A DNA stretch of 64,000 nucleotides from contig CBDHDF010000010.1 of NCBI GenBank assembly GCA_965261545.1, forward strand, positions 672,001 to 736,000. Direction: 5' to 3'. This stretch comes from Bdellovibrionales bacterium. GTDB taxonomy: Bacteria > Bdellovibrionota > Bdellovibrionia > Bdellovibrionales > UBA1609. Each line of letters opens with the position of its first letter. The stretch's first letter is position 1. The translations under genes were made by a program, and so were the position numbers. This document shows, in pieces, positions 9,695 to 19,806 of this stretch. The notes below the pieces were generated by a model, which was not told the origin of the DNA, made no database searches, and saw nothing but the letters and a program-made list of their open reading frames with translations.

Positions 9695-12600
9695 ATGAGA
9701 GTTGTACCCATGCTTGACCAAAACCAACAATACAACACACAGCTTATTCAAAAGGCCCTTCAACTTGCCACCACTTGGCAGAACAAAGCCCAAGACATCA
9801 CCACGGACTTTGAAAAACGCTTCCATATCAAAATGGAGAAAATACTCACTCACCCAAGAGATAAGTTCTTTTTAATTCAACTCATGGATCAAAGTTTTCG
9901 CAGTAAAAATCCTACTCGGGTGAAGAATCAAGTGGAGTATCTTTTTTCCAAATATGGAATGGCCTCCTTTTTCACAAATTCAGAGAGATTCCTTACCTTT
10001 TTCTTCCGCCACTTGGGAGCTTGGTGCCCACAAATAGCCATCCCTCTTTTTTTAAGCCACATTCGCCAACAGAGCCAGAGAGTCGTACTTCGTGGAGAAA
10101 TGGACGCCTTGAATAGATATCTATTGCGCCGAAGACGTGAAGACACAAGAGTGAATATCAATCTCATCGGGGAAGTGGTCCTCGGCGAGAAAGAGGCCCA
10201 CCATAGAATGAATAAATATTTAGAGGCTCTAAAGCAACCCAACATCGACTATCTTTCTATAAAGATATCGACGATATTTTCTCAGATCAACTCCCTATCC
10301 CATGAAAGCACCGTAAGAACTCTCAGTCATCGCTTGATAGATATCTACACACAGGCTCAAAAATATACCTATGTAAATCAGAGGGACGAAAAGGAGTCAA
10401 AATTTGTCAATTTGGACATGGAGGAATATCGCGACCTCTCTCTCACAGTAGACTCTTTTAAAAAAGCCCTTGAACACCCCAACTTGCTTGGTCTCAAAGC
10501 GGGCATTGTTTTGCAAGCCTACTTACCCGAGGCTCACTTTTGGCAAAGAAATTTAACGGAGTGGGCTCAAAAGCGAATTCATCAAGGGGGAAGCCCCATC
10601 AAAATCAGGCTCGTCAAAGGCGCCAACATGGAAATGGAGCAAACTGAAGCCTCCTTGAGAAACTGGGAACAAGCCCCCTATAGGGAAAAAATCGATACAG
10701 ATAGCAACTACAAAGTTATGACAGAATATGCGCTCCAACCTGAAAATATTTGTGCTGTCCACCTTGGTGTGGGCTCTCACAACCTTTTTGAAGTGGCCTA
10801 TTGCCATGAGCTTGCCAAAAAAAATGAAGTCATGAAGTACGTCTCCTTTGAAATGCTTGAGGGAATTAGCGAGCCGGCGAGAAAGGCCATAAAAGATGTA
10901 AGCGGTATCCACCCCATTGTCTATACCCCCGTGGCTGAAAAAGAGCAGTTTACCAATGCCATCGCCTATCTTGTGCGACGACTGGATGAAAACACCAGTG
11001 AGAATCACTTTCTTCGTTACTCCTTTAGCCTCACAACAAAAAGTCCCCATTGGGAAAATCTCAAGAAACAATTCATAGACTCCTTTGGAAACAAAGAAAA
11101 GCTCTTTCTCGGCTCCCATCGCCAACAAAACCGCATGAACATGAATGCGAACATGGGCATGAACATGAGCATGAATATGGACATGTCCATGGACAAGAAA
11201 GAGAGAGGGGGCAAAAGAGCCAGAGGGCGGTTTACCAATGAACCCGACACCGACTTTACCCTCCCAGCTAACCAGGAATGGGCCCACAGTATTCGCCAAA
11301 AATGGATGAAAAAAAAGAGGAACCCTATCCAGACCATTCCCTTGGTATTTGCAGGGCAAGATATCAAAGGGAATCGAGAGATTGTTGACTGCGTGGATAA
11401 GTCCCAACTTAATAAGTCTCAACTTAAAGATAATAATAATATCCTTTGTGGACAATACACTAGGGCCAAAGCCGAAGACCTTCTCCAAGCCGTAGATGTG
11501 GCCGTGAAGGATCCCGATGGCTGGAGAAATTTGACTCCCAACCAAAGGCAACAAATGCTCTCCTCCGTGGCCGATATCCTACGCCAGAGAAGAGGGGACT
11601 TGGTGGGAGTGGCCGCTGCCGAAGTGGGAAAGGTCTTCACAGAAACGGATGTGGAAGTGAGCGAAGCTGTGGATTTCTTAGAATTTTATGGGCACAGCCT
11701 TCGCTACTTTGAAGAAATCAAAAATATTCACTTTCAGGGCAAGGGGGTGGGCCTTGTGGTTCCCCCTTGGAACTTCCCCATCGCCATTCCCCTGGGAGGT
11801 CTTGCCGCCACCCTCGCAGCGGGAAACACGGTGATCTTAAAACCCTCTTCCCAAGCTGTTCTCTGTAGTTATGAAATGTGTCAGTGCTTTTGGGATGCCG
11901 GTGTAAGTAAGAACACCTTGCAGTTTCTTCCCTGCCCAGGAAGCCTTGCAGAAAAGCACCTTGTAAACCATCAAAGCATCGATTTCGTCATTCTCACAGG
12001 CGGTGAGGAGACAGCTCACTCCATGTTAAAAACCCGCCCAAGCTTATTTCTTACAGCAGAAACAGGGGGAAAAAACGCCACCATCGTCACAGCCATGTCC
12101 GATCGCGAACAAGCCATTGCCCATGTGGTATCCTCAGCTTTTGGAAATAGTGGGCAAAAATGCTCGGCCACATCCCTGCTAGTCCTCGAAGAAGAGGTCT
12201 ATGATGACCCTGGATTTAAAGAGGCCCTTGTGGATGCCACAGAGAGCCTAAGGGTGGGGTCTATTTGGGATTTTGACTCCAGCTTAGGACCCATGGCTGG
12301 CCCCTTGGACGCCTCCCTCAAAAAAGCCATAGAAAACCTCGAAGAGGGGGAGAGTTGGGCTTTGAAGCCCGAGTTTACCCAAGACAATGAATATATGCTC
12401 AAGCCTTCGATCAAGTGGGGCGTGGCTCCTGGTAGTTTTTGCCACCGAACAGAGCTTTTTGCCCCTCTTCTCTCCGTTTTAAAAGCCCGCAGCCTTCAAC
12501 ATGCCATCGAGTTGGTGAACCAAACAGGCTATGGCCTCACTTCGGGCCTTGAGTCCTTGGATGAACGAGAAATCAAGCAATGGCGTGAAAACATTCAGGC

Positions 12601-13444
12601 AGGAAACTTATACATCAATCGAAGCACCACAGGGGCGATTGTTCTGCGCCAACCCTTCGGAGGTTGGGGCAAATCGGCCATGGGTTCTGGAAGAAAAGTG
12701 GGAACTTACAATTATATCACCCAGTTTATGGATATCAAAGATGGGGAACCACCAAATCTTGCCCACCTTAAGCAAAGTCCTTATTTTGAGTGCTTGGAGA
12801 AGTGGATTCACAAACACAAGAAATTTCGCAAAGACTTTATCCAACTGCAAGTGGCTCTAGAAAGCTACCTCTACCACTACAAAAAAGAATTTAATCAAGA
12901 ACACGACCCCTGCCAGGTGAGGGGAGAATATAATATTTTTCGCTATATCAAACTGGATGTGGTCGCCCTAAGGGTATCTCGCAATGATACACTTTTTGAG
13001 TGTGTCAGCCGCATTTTTGCAGCCAAGGTCAGTGGGGTTAACATTCATGTAAGCTTGGACTCTTCCATTTCCATAGATAATACAAGCAACAAAGACGGCG
13101 GAGATAATGAAAGCCACAAAGGTCATGAAATCAATGAATTCCATGAATGCAATGATGTCTCTGAGTTTTTGCTTACCCATGCCTTACAGTTACTTCAACC
13201 CGAAGATAGGATGACCCAAGAATCTGAGGTTGAATTTGCCAAAGGTTTTTCTTCAATGGATCAAATCATCTACTCCAAGGAGTCTGAAGTTTCAGAATTT
13301 ATTTTTTCAGAGGCCGCCCACAGCGAAAAATTCATTGTTCGTACGCCTCCTTTGATGGAAGGACGTCTCGAATTGCTCCACTATTTTAAAGAGCAATCCA
13401 TAAGCCATAGTTACCATCGCTATGGAAACCTTGGCGAAAGGTAA
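9695..13444 (+). CDS. putA: bifunctional proline dehydrogenase / P5C dehydrogenase
   Basis: PRODH motifs NLDMEEY, IRLVKGA, YLVRRLDEN. ALDH motifs PWNFP, ETGGKNA, GQKCSA, ELFAP, QPFGG. No N-terminal RHH domain evident. Confidence 0.95.
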   Translation: MRVVPMLDQNQQYNTQLIQKALQLATTWQNKAQDITTDFEKRFHIKMEKILTHPRDKFFLIQLMDQSFRSKNPTRVKNQVEYLFSKYGMASFFTNSERFLTFFFRHLGAWCPQIAIPLFLSHIRQQSQRVVLRGEMDALNRYLLRRRREDTRVNINLIGEVVLGEKEAHHRMNKYLEALKQPNIDYLSIKISTIFSQINSLSHESTVRTLSHRLIDIYTQAQKYTYVNQRDEKESKFVNLDMEEYRDLSLTVDSFKKALEHPNLLGLKAGIVLQAYLPEAHFWQRNLTEWAQKRIHQGGSPIKIRLVKGANMEMEQTEASLRNWEQAPYREKIDTDSNYKVMTEYALQPENICAVHLGVGSHNLFEVAYCHELAKKNEVMKYVSFEMLEGISEPARKAIKDVSGIHPIVYTPVAEKEQFTNAIAYLVRRLDENTSENHFLRYSFSLTTKSPHWENLKKQFIDSFGNKEKLFLGSHRQQNRMNMNANMGMNMSMNMDMSMDKKERGGKRARGRFTNEPDTDFTLPANQEWAHSIRQKWMKKKRNPIQTIPLVFAGQDIKGNREIVDCVDKSQLNKSQLKDNNNILCGQYTRAKAEDLLQAVDVAVKDPDGWRNLTPNQRQQMLSSVADILRQRRGDLVGVAAAEVGKVFTETDVEVSEAVDFLEFYGHSLRYFEEIKNIHFQGKGVGLVVPPWNFPIAIPLGGLAATLAAGNTVILKPSSQAVLCSYEMCQCFWDAGVSKNTLQFLPCPGSLAEKHLVNHQSIDFVILTGGEETAHSMLKTRPSLFLTAETGGKNATIVTAMSDREQAIAHVVSSAFGNSGQKCSATSLLVLEEEVYDDPGFKEALVDATESLRVGSIWDFDSSLGPMAGPLDASLKKAIENLEEGESWALKPEFTQDNEYMLKPSIKWGVAPGSFCHRTELFAPLLSVLKARSLQHAIELVNQTGYGLTSGLESLDEREIKQWRENIQAGNLYINRSTTGAIVLRQPFGGWGKSAMGSGRKVGTYNYITQFMDIKDGEPPNLAHLKQSPYFECLEKWIHKHKKFRKDFIQLQVALESYLYHYKKEFNQEHDPCQVRGEYNIFRYIKLDVVALRVSRNDTLFECVSRIFAAKVSGVNIHVSLDSSISIDNTSNKDGGDNESHKGHEINEFHECNDVSEFLLTHALQLLQPEDRMTQESEVEFAKGFSSMDQIIYSKESEVSEFIFSEAAHSEKFIVRTPPLMEGRLELLHYFKEQSISHSYHRYGNLGER

Positions 13445-13624
13445 ACCCCTCCTCTGCCTCTCGTAAGTTCGTCACTAATGTCATTGTGCAAATGATTGAG
13501 AGTGACTAAAAATTTATAAGCTATCTTGTTTTTTGACAGTCCTCCTCTGTCTCAATCTTGTGCAACTCTTACAAAATATCTCATATTTCAGATACTTATA
13601 GATGTCGCAAAAGTTGACAATTTT

Positions 13625-13640
13625 TGGCACAGGTCTCGCA
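13625..13640 (+). promoter_or_regulatory. candidate sigma-54 (-24/-12) promoter
   Basis: TGGCAC-AGGTC-TCGCA with exact GG-N10-GC spacing, about 65 bp upstream of the ATG at 13705. Confidence 0.55.
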
Positions 13641-13704
13641 ATACATAAGTCTGAATGAAAAATATAAATGGAGAGAAATATAAATCAATGAGGGAGAAAA
13701 AGTC

Positions 13705-14466
13705 ATGAAACTGTTAAAACTCTTAATCTTAACTTTATTTGCGATCTCTATGACAAATTGTGCAAAAAAAGTCGAGAAAAAAAGTCGAGAAAAACCAAGT
13801 GACCCACCACCTATCACCGAACCACTGCCTGGACAAGAGGACTACGTTCCTCCAGAGAGGGACTCCCAAGGTGCTTTTCGCTATGGAGGAACAACCACTT
13901 TTGTTCCTGTCAATGATAGTGTTTTTTCCGAATACACAGGACGCCCCATGGACGATTTTGACAATGTTCTCATCAATGTCAACTTGGTGAAGTATCAGGA
14001 CAATACCTACGGTGGAAGTGTCACCATTGACTACGACGAATATGGACAGCCCACAGACACACCTGGCTTTTTTGAAACAGGAGGAAGCAAGAAGGCTGTT
14101 CAATACAATCAGTGGCTCAACAGCAAAAAAACTCGTTTTCATGCTGTCCTTCAAGATCTAGAGGGTGGCCTTGTCATCTCTATTGAAAATATTATCCATG
14201 AAGACTTTGGAGATCGTGGGGGCAAAGAACGCTCACTAGGGTCAGGAAGGATTTGGTTCAAAAACTTTGTGTTGAAATCGGGATCAGCGCCCCACCCTCC
14301 CACCTACTGCTGGTTTGTCTCCTTGGGACCCTATGATTGCCGCCCTTGGCCGTCGGGCAAAGGTATGAAAAGCCCAGGGTCCGTCACTCCATCTGGCGGT
14401 GGGTATAAGCTTCTCGGCAGATTTAGTAATTTAGATATTTCAGAGACATTCAATAACCAACTTTAA
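13705..14466 (+). CDS. hypothetical lipoprotein
   Basis: Lipoprotein-type signal (ISMTN-C), Pro-rich linker, beta-rich domain with CWFVSLGPYDCR. Confidence 0.75.
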   Translation: MKLLKLLILTLFAISMTNCAKKVEKKSREKPSDPPPITEPLPGQEDYVPPERDSQGAFRYGGTTTFVPVNDSVFSEYTGRPMDDFDNVLINVNLVKYQDNTYGGSVTIDYDEYGQPTDTPGFFETGGSKKAVQYNQWLNSKKTRFHAVLQDLEGGLVISIENIIHEDFGDRGGKERSLGSGRIWFKNFVLKSGSAPHPPTYCWFVSLGPYDCRPWPSGKGMKSPGSVTPSGGGYKLLGRFSNLDISETFNNQL

Positions 14467-14489
14467 CCAACTCTAAAAGAGGAATTTAT

Positions 14490-15170
14490 ATGATTAAGGG
14501 GGAAATAGTTATGAAAGAAAAAGTAAATAAAGAACTCCATAAGAACTTGATAAAAAAGCATCGTTATGCCCTTCCCGTGTGTCTCATGGCCATGCTGACC
14601 GTCACCATGGTGGCTTGCTCAGACGATCGAGCCAAAACTCCAGCAACGACACCCAATACAACCGAAGAAGAAAACCTATCCCATTCCAACGCCTTTGCCT
14701 CCGGCCTCGGGGAGAGTATGACACCAGATGTTGTTCAACTGGCTTTGACATTTGAGTCTGACAATCCTGACAATGATGACAACGATGACAACGATTCTCA
14801 TCAGTTTTATGCCCACCAGAATATAAGTGCCACGGGCAGAATGTACGTTGACCACTTTCAAGCTCTCTTGGATTGCAAAATTCCCTCGGGAACATACACG
14901 GTGGAAACCCTTGACGATGGGGGGCAAGATCCTCATTCCCAACTCATCCGTGGACTCAAACTCAAAGCCGATGGCCCCGTGGACGTGGAACTCTATGTTC
15001 GCTACTTTTCACTTCTCTCCGCTCAACCCGTGCTAGAAAGCTGTCAGGGTGAGGATTATGCCAACGAAATCATCGGACAGGTAGAAGTTCTCAAGGCGAA
15101 TGGAAAAGAATGCTACGGCCGCACCATAGGATTTGATATGAGGCTCAGCACGGGTGTGGACTGCGACTAA
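14490..15170 (+). CDS. hypothetical lipoprotein
   Basis: Hydrophobic stretch ending MVA-C, Asp/Asn-rich insert, four Cys in the mature part. AGAGGA upstream. Confidence 0.7.
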   Translation: MIKGEIVMKEKVNKELHKNLIKKHRYALPVCLMAMLTVTMVACSDDRAKTPATTPNTTEEENLSHSNAFASGLGESMTPDVVQLALTFESDNPDNDDNDDNDSHQFYAHQNISATGRMYVDHFQALLDCKIPSGTYTVETLDDGGQDPHSQLIRGLKLKADGPVDVELYVRYFSLLSAQPVLESCQGEDYANEIIGQVEVLKANGKECYGRTIGFDMRLSTGVDCD

Positions 15171-15226
15171 AAAAGGCCACACTGACGACCCATCAACCAT
15201 CGACCATCAACCATCGAGTCTGAAGT

Positions 15227-15700
15227 TCAGGATGAGGAAAGACAACGCCCATAACCCCTTGAAGAATCACAACCATGGGGACAATCCATCACTTCTATGG
15301 AAATGATGTTCTCCCCACTCTTGCTACAGGAGTGCAACACGAGTTTATTTTCTTCACAAAAATTTCTTTCAATATATTGATAACCTATGCATAAGGACTC
15401 CTGAGAATTGCAACCAAAACCCACTCGTACTCCTATGGGGCCCCCATCACGTAGGAATTCTGAGCATTCGTAGTTTATATCTGTAGCTGGCTCCCTATGA
15501 TTGGCTTTCTTGGCCTTAAAAGTTTTTTGAAAAGCCTTACCCTTGGAAGCTTTTTGGAGAACCTTATGTTTCCCCTTATGTTTCCCCTTAAGATTCCCCT
15601 TAAGATTCACTGTGGGGGTAGCTAAAATTTTCTCAAACGCAAGGTTGCAAAAAATAACACCCACTCCAAAAAGAAAAAAAGTCTTAATAGCTATTCCCAT
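15227..15700 (-). CDS. hypothetical secreted Cys-rich protein
   Basis: AAGGAG SD, signal-like N-terminus, Lys-rich linker, C-terminal domain with 8 Cys. Confidence 0.65.
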   Translation of the reverse strand: MGIAIKTFFLFGVGVIFCNLAFEKILATPTVNLKGNLKGKHKGKHKVLQKASKGKAFQKTFKAKKANHREPATDINYECSEFLRDGGPIGVRVGFGCNSQESLCIGYQYIERNFCEENKLVLHSCSKSGENIISIEVMDCPHGCDSSRGYGRCLSSS

Positions 15701-15792
15701 GAAAATCTCCTTATTGAGTGGGACATGTCACTTGACTTTTATAGTCTACAGCACCCTTAACATAGGGAATCCCCAAAAAAGAACGCTTTCCT

Positions 15793-16200
15793 TTATGAAT
15801 ACAATCCACAGCCAGGACAATTTTGTATCACCTTTTTTTTGTTTTCTTCTTCGAGACTTTTAATGTTTTTCTTCACCTTTTTCAAAGAACTTTGCAAAGA
15901 AAGCACCTGCATGCTTTCAAGAGGAAAAGTCTTTGCTGAAATTCCATTTTTTAAACACCTGTTTGTTGAACACTCTTTGCACAGTTTATCCTGAATCTTC
16001 TGGCTCCAGTCATGAAGACCACATATTTGAATGCAATCAAGTTCGTAGGCACACTTCTCCTGTGTTTTGATTTTTTCACAGTTGCAACTGGCCGTCGTCG
16101 AGGTTGCCCAACTCAAGGAAAGCCCACTCAAAAGCACCCCACCAAAGCATAGTTGACATAAAAAACCTGCCATAGACAATAAACGCAAAAACTCCCCCAA
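15793..16200 (-). CDS. hypothetical secreted Cys-rich protein
   Basis: Signal-like N-terminus, many Cys, C-terminal CPGC. Confidence 0.5.
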   Translation of the reverse strand: MGEFLRLLSMAGFLCQLCFGGVLLSGLSLSWATSTTASCNCEKIKTQEKCAYELDCIQICGLHDWSQKIQDKLCKECSTNRCLKNGISAKTFPLESMQVLSLQSSLKKVKKNIKSLEEENKKKVIQNCPGCGLYS

Positions 16201-16296
16201 AAAAGAACTTAAGAAGCTCGATTCGCCACGCTCCTAAATTGTAACTCCATATATTTTAAAAAAGTCTCCCTTAATTGTCTACCTTAATTTTGCCCT

Positions 16297-17268
16297 TTAG
16301 AGCGGTGGCGGTGGCGGACATTGGGCCTGTCCTAGGCGAAGTTGACTTTTAGATAACTTTTCCTCCAACTTCTGTATCCAATATCTTTGCAGAGAGGAAA
16401 GATTCTTATCTGAGGTTAAATCTTGGTGAAGCAAAGACCCCACGATAAGGCAAGGAGGTCTTCCGGGATTATCCAAAATTTGAAGAATCGTTCTTATCTC
16501 TTGACAAGATAAGATGCTGAGTTCAGAGACATATAAAGTAACATTGCCCAAAGATTGAAGGGCCACCAGGTCTTGACGGCTTTGAGAGCTTAAATCTTTG
16601 TAATGCAAGAAAGCATAACCTTGTTTATGTTGATTGCAGAAATATTTAATGGCCCACTGATGAATCTCCTCCGGGTAAGTCCCTCGAATCCATAGGTGAG
16701 GTGCGGAATGTGGATTTAAAAAATCTATTTTAAAATCTAACTTATAATCAGTCTTTTTGCGCTTGTTCTCCCTAGCCCTTCGAAAATCCCCAAGTGAAAT
16801 GACATTGTGGTGGCTGGAGTGACTGGACGAATCTAAACCTCCATGACTCTGGCGCATACGTGTCTCCATATTTTCGAGGTCGGAATGCTTTTCATCGACA
16901 CTATCCTTTAAAGCCATTATCAATTCAATGGTATCTTTAATACGACTCACTTTCACGGACGTGAGTAAATCGCTGGGAAGAATAAGAAATCCCCATGGTC
17001 GCCCTTGGCTATATACGGGGAAAAAAAACTGTTTCCCTCTTTGAACAGGAGGAGGCGGACTCTTTAAAGGCTCTTGACTTGTATCTTTAAAATAAAGACT
17101 GCTTAGGCTTTTCATGTCCTCGTGATTTTTAAGCTCAAAAATATCGACAAACTCAGAAAGAATTCCATATTGGCGGTGAATGACCTCTTTCAATTGCTTT
17201 AACAAAATATTCCTTGCATATTTTCTATAAACAAAATTCATATGATACCCCTTATTCTTACTTGTCAC
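16297..17268 (-). CDS. hypothetical protein
   Basis: 323-aa ORF with no competing long ORF; no complete known motif. Confidence 0.65.
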   Translation of the reverse strand: MTSKNKGYHMNFVYRKYARNILLKQLKEVIHRQYGILSEFVDIFELKNHEDMKSLSSLYFKDTSQEPLKSPPPPVQRGKQFFFPVYSQGRPWGFLILPSDLLTSVKVSRIKDTIELIMALKDSVDEKHSDLENMETRMRQSHGGLDSSSHSSHHNVISLGDFRRARENKRKKTDYKLDFKIDFLNPHSAPHLWIRGTYPEEIHQWAIKYFCNQHKQGYAFLHYKDLSSQSRQDLVALQSLGNVTLYVSELSILSCQEIRTILQILDNPGRPPCLIVGSLLHQDLTSDKNLSSLQRYWIQKLEEKLSKSQLRLGQAQCPPPPPL

Positions 17269-17488
17269 CTATGGATATATGGTACGATATAGATTCACAG
17301 CAAAAACTGTACCATCATGAACCCTTCTCGCAAAAAAAAAGACTCTTTCCCTAAAAGTGGCTTCTAGAGCGAAATTTTCAAAAAATTTTTCCACAAAAAT
17401 TCTCAACACCTGATGCTGACCCCTATGTTTTTTTGAAGACATTATACTATCTGCCCACATCTTTTACAGAATAAGGTATAATCTTAAC

Positions 17489-18391
17489 ATGCATGTGTCA
17501 GTGATCATCCCCACTCGAAATCGTTTGTCATACTTAAAAAGAGCTATTCGCTCTGTCATGCTGCAAAGCTACCAAGGTTGGGACCTATGGATCATTGATG
17601 ATGGCTCTACAGATGGTACCTCAACTTGGGTCCTCGATGAGCTTATATTTCAAGGTACCCAAAGTTCCACAAAAAGCCTCCCCCACATTCACTCTCCTCC
17701 CCACTTCCCCACTCCTTCTACCCACTCTCCTATTTACTATGTGCGCACTCCCACCTCCTTGGGAGTGAGCCATGCAAGAAACTTAGGCATTCAACTGAGT
17801 CAGGGCCCCTGGGTGGCCTTTCTCGATTCTGACGATGAGTGGTTGCCCCACAAGCTGGAGAAGCAAGTTCAGTGGGCTCAAGAAAGCTCCTTGCACATTG
17901 TCCACGGCGAAGAAATTTGGTTTCGCCATAATACAAGGGTCAACCCTAAGAAGAAACATCAGAAATCAGGAGGACGCATATTTAAACGCAGTGTGGATAT
18001 TTGCTGTATAAGCCCATCCACAGTGATGATACATAAGAACCTTTTCCTCACCGAGGGCCTTTTCAAGGAAAGCTTTCCAGTCTGTGAAGACTACGACCTA
18101 TGGCTGCGTTTAAGTGCTAAGTATGATGTGGGCTTTATCAAAGAGCCTTTGATTAAAAAATATGGTGGCCATAAAGATCAACTTTCTCGCCAATATGTTG
18201 CCATGGATTACTGGAGAGTGCGCTCACTGATGTCACTCAAAGATGCCCCCTATTTGAGTGACAATGAAAATGATTATCTAAAAAAAAGCTTGAGAGAAAG
18301 GGCCCGTCTCCTCATTCAAGGCTACAAAAAACACAACAATACAAATCACCTCCAAGAGATTGAGAGAATATTTGCCATGTCCTATGAATAA
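17489..18391 (+). CDS. glycosyltransferase family 2
   Basis: VSVIIPTRNR, IIDDGSTDGT, ARNLG, AFLDSDDEW, EDYDLWLR. Confidence 0.93.
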   Translation: MHVSVIIPTRNRLSYLKRAIRSVMLQSYQGWDLWIIDDGSTDGTSTWVLDELIFQGTQSSTKSLPHIHSPPHFPTPSTHSPIYYVRTPTSLGVSHARNLGIQLSQGPWVAFLDSDDEWLPHKLEKQVQWAQESSLHIVHGEEIWFRHNTRVNPKKKHQKSGGRIFKRSVDICCISPSTVMIHKNLFLTEGLFKESFPVCEDYDLWLRLSAKYDVGFIKEPLIKKYGGHKDQLSRQYVAMDYWRVRSLMSLKDAPYLSDNENDYLKKSLRERARLLIQGYKKHNNTNHLQEIERIFAMSYE

Positions 18392-18436
18392 AAAAATTTG
18401 AAAAAATACTTACTTGCCATGCCCTATGAATTAAGA

Positions 18437-18459
18437 GACTGAGCAAAGCTGGCTCAGTC
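18437..18459. terminator. hairpin between convergent genes
   Basis: GACTGAGC-N7-GCTCAGTC perfect 8-bp stem. Confidence 0.4.
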
Positions 18460-18569
18460 AACCTAACAGGAAGTGACCCAGTAGGAAAATAGAAATGGAT
18501 ATTTTATCAGCAGGGCTCGCTTTTTCAAACGAAGGCCAAGAGGGCCCATTGTATTAAGTCTACACTGCA

Positions 18570-19046
18570 TTAAGCCCAACGATGAAAGGCTAAGTGCCCC
18601 TCTTTCACAGCCACAAATAAGCCTTTACAAGTGGCACAAACCTTACCTCCCACACTCAACTCACCGTGAACTGTAGCTCGATCCACTTCAAACTGAGCCA
18701 CCCAAGCTCGAAGATGAACCGTCTCCGAGGAAGGAGTCGGTCTGCGAAGGTGAATGCTGTAGGAGGCCGTAACCGTGCATGTAGGATGATCCAAGTGATT
18801 GACGCTCATCAGATGCCATGCCGCCATCCAATTGCAGTGGCAATCGAGAAGACTACCAATAATTCCACCATTTAAAACTCCAGGAAAAGCCTCATGGTGA
18901 ACTTGGGGGACCCACTGACACAGGGACTCCTCACCTTGAATATACGACTTGATTTGGAGCCCTTTTTCATTGGAGGGCCCACAGCCAAAACAAATGCTAT
19001 TGGGCGCATAATGATCTTGTAAAATAAGATGATTCTTCTGGTTCAT
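18570..19046 (-). CDS. PaaI-family hotdog-fold thioesterase
   Basis: CFGCG, GVLNGGIIGSLLDCH, TVTASYSIHLRRPTP. Start taken at MNQKN. Confidence 0.85.
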   Translation of the reverse strand: MNQKNHLILQDHYAPNSICFGCGPSNEKGLQIKSYIQGEESLCQWVPQVHHEAFPGVLNGGIIGSLLDCHCNWMAAWHLMSVNHLDHPTCTVTASYSIHLRRPTPSSETVHLRAWVAQFEVDRATVHGELSVGGKVCATCKGLFVAVKEGHLAFHRWA

Positions 19047-19078
19047 TCTATGTGCCCCCATGGCTTCTTTGATTTTAA

Positions 19079-19780
19079 TCACGGGTAAAGCTGAGTGAGT
19101 TTCCATTGTTTCCTTTGACTCTGGATCCGCTCATAGAGCCACCTCTGGTGGAGCCTATTTTCTTCCTTCAACCAAAATTCAATGCGCTCAGGTATAAGCT
19201 GGTAACCTCCCCAATTTTTTGGACAAGGTATTTCTTTCTTGTTCGCCCACTCTTGTTCACACTCTTTGTAAGCACCTTTCAGTGAATAAAACTCTGAAAC
19301 AGATTGAGATTGCCTAGAAAAAAACTGACTGATTTGGCTGCCTCGTGGCCTCTGCTTCCAATAGTTTTCAGAGTCTTTACGTGAGGCCCTCTGAACCAGC
19401 CCCTCTATGCGAACTTGGCGACACCACTTGTCCCAGTAAAAGTTCAAGGCAGCCTTGGGGTTTTGAGAAATTTGCTCCCCCTTCAAACTATCGTAGTTGG
19501 TGTAAAAGAAAAGCCCCTCTTCAGTCAGTTTCTTCAGTAGCACCACCCGAGAAGACACATCCCCATGGAGAGAAGAGGTGGAAAGAACCATGGCCAAGGG
19601 TTCTTGAATATCCATTTTGATTGCCTGCCTCAACCAATGGGCCAAAATGAAAAAAGGCTGCCCCCCCCCATCATCCACAGGCTCCCAGGAAGAATCACCA
19701 GGGTATGAAGTACTTTCCAGACCAGAGACTGAAGCACTTTCACCACCAGGAACTTGAATCACCTCATTCACATCCATCAA
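19079..19780 (-). CDS. pdxH: pyridoxamine 5'-phosphate oxidase
   Basis: SRVVLLK, FYTNYDSLKG, RQVRIEG, RPRGSQI, EFW...RLHQR, C-terminal LYP. Confidence 0.93.
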   Translation of the reverse strand: MMDVNEVIQVPGGESASVSGLESTSYPGDSSWEPVDDGGGQPFFILAHWLRQAIKMDIQEPLAMVLSTSSLHGDVSSRVVLLKKLTEEGLFFYTNYDSLKGEQISQNPKAALNFYWDKWCRQVRIEGLVQRASRKDSENYWKQRPRGSQISQFFSRQSQSVSEFYSLKGAYKECEQEWANKKEIPCPKNWGGYQLIPERIEFWLKEENRLHQRWLYERIQSQRKQWKLTQLYP

Positions 19781-19806
19781 GACCTACCACACCACTGCTG
19801 CGTGGG

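Noticed and set aside
10553..11554. 333-aa minus-strand ORF with HVHIHAHVH repeats
   Set aside because: Antisense shadow of putA and its Met-rich hexamer tract.
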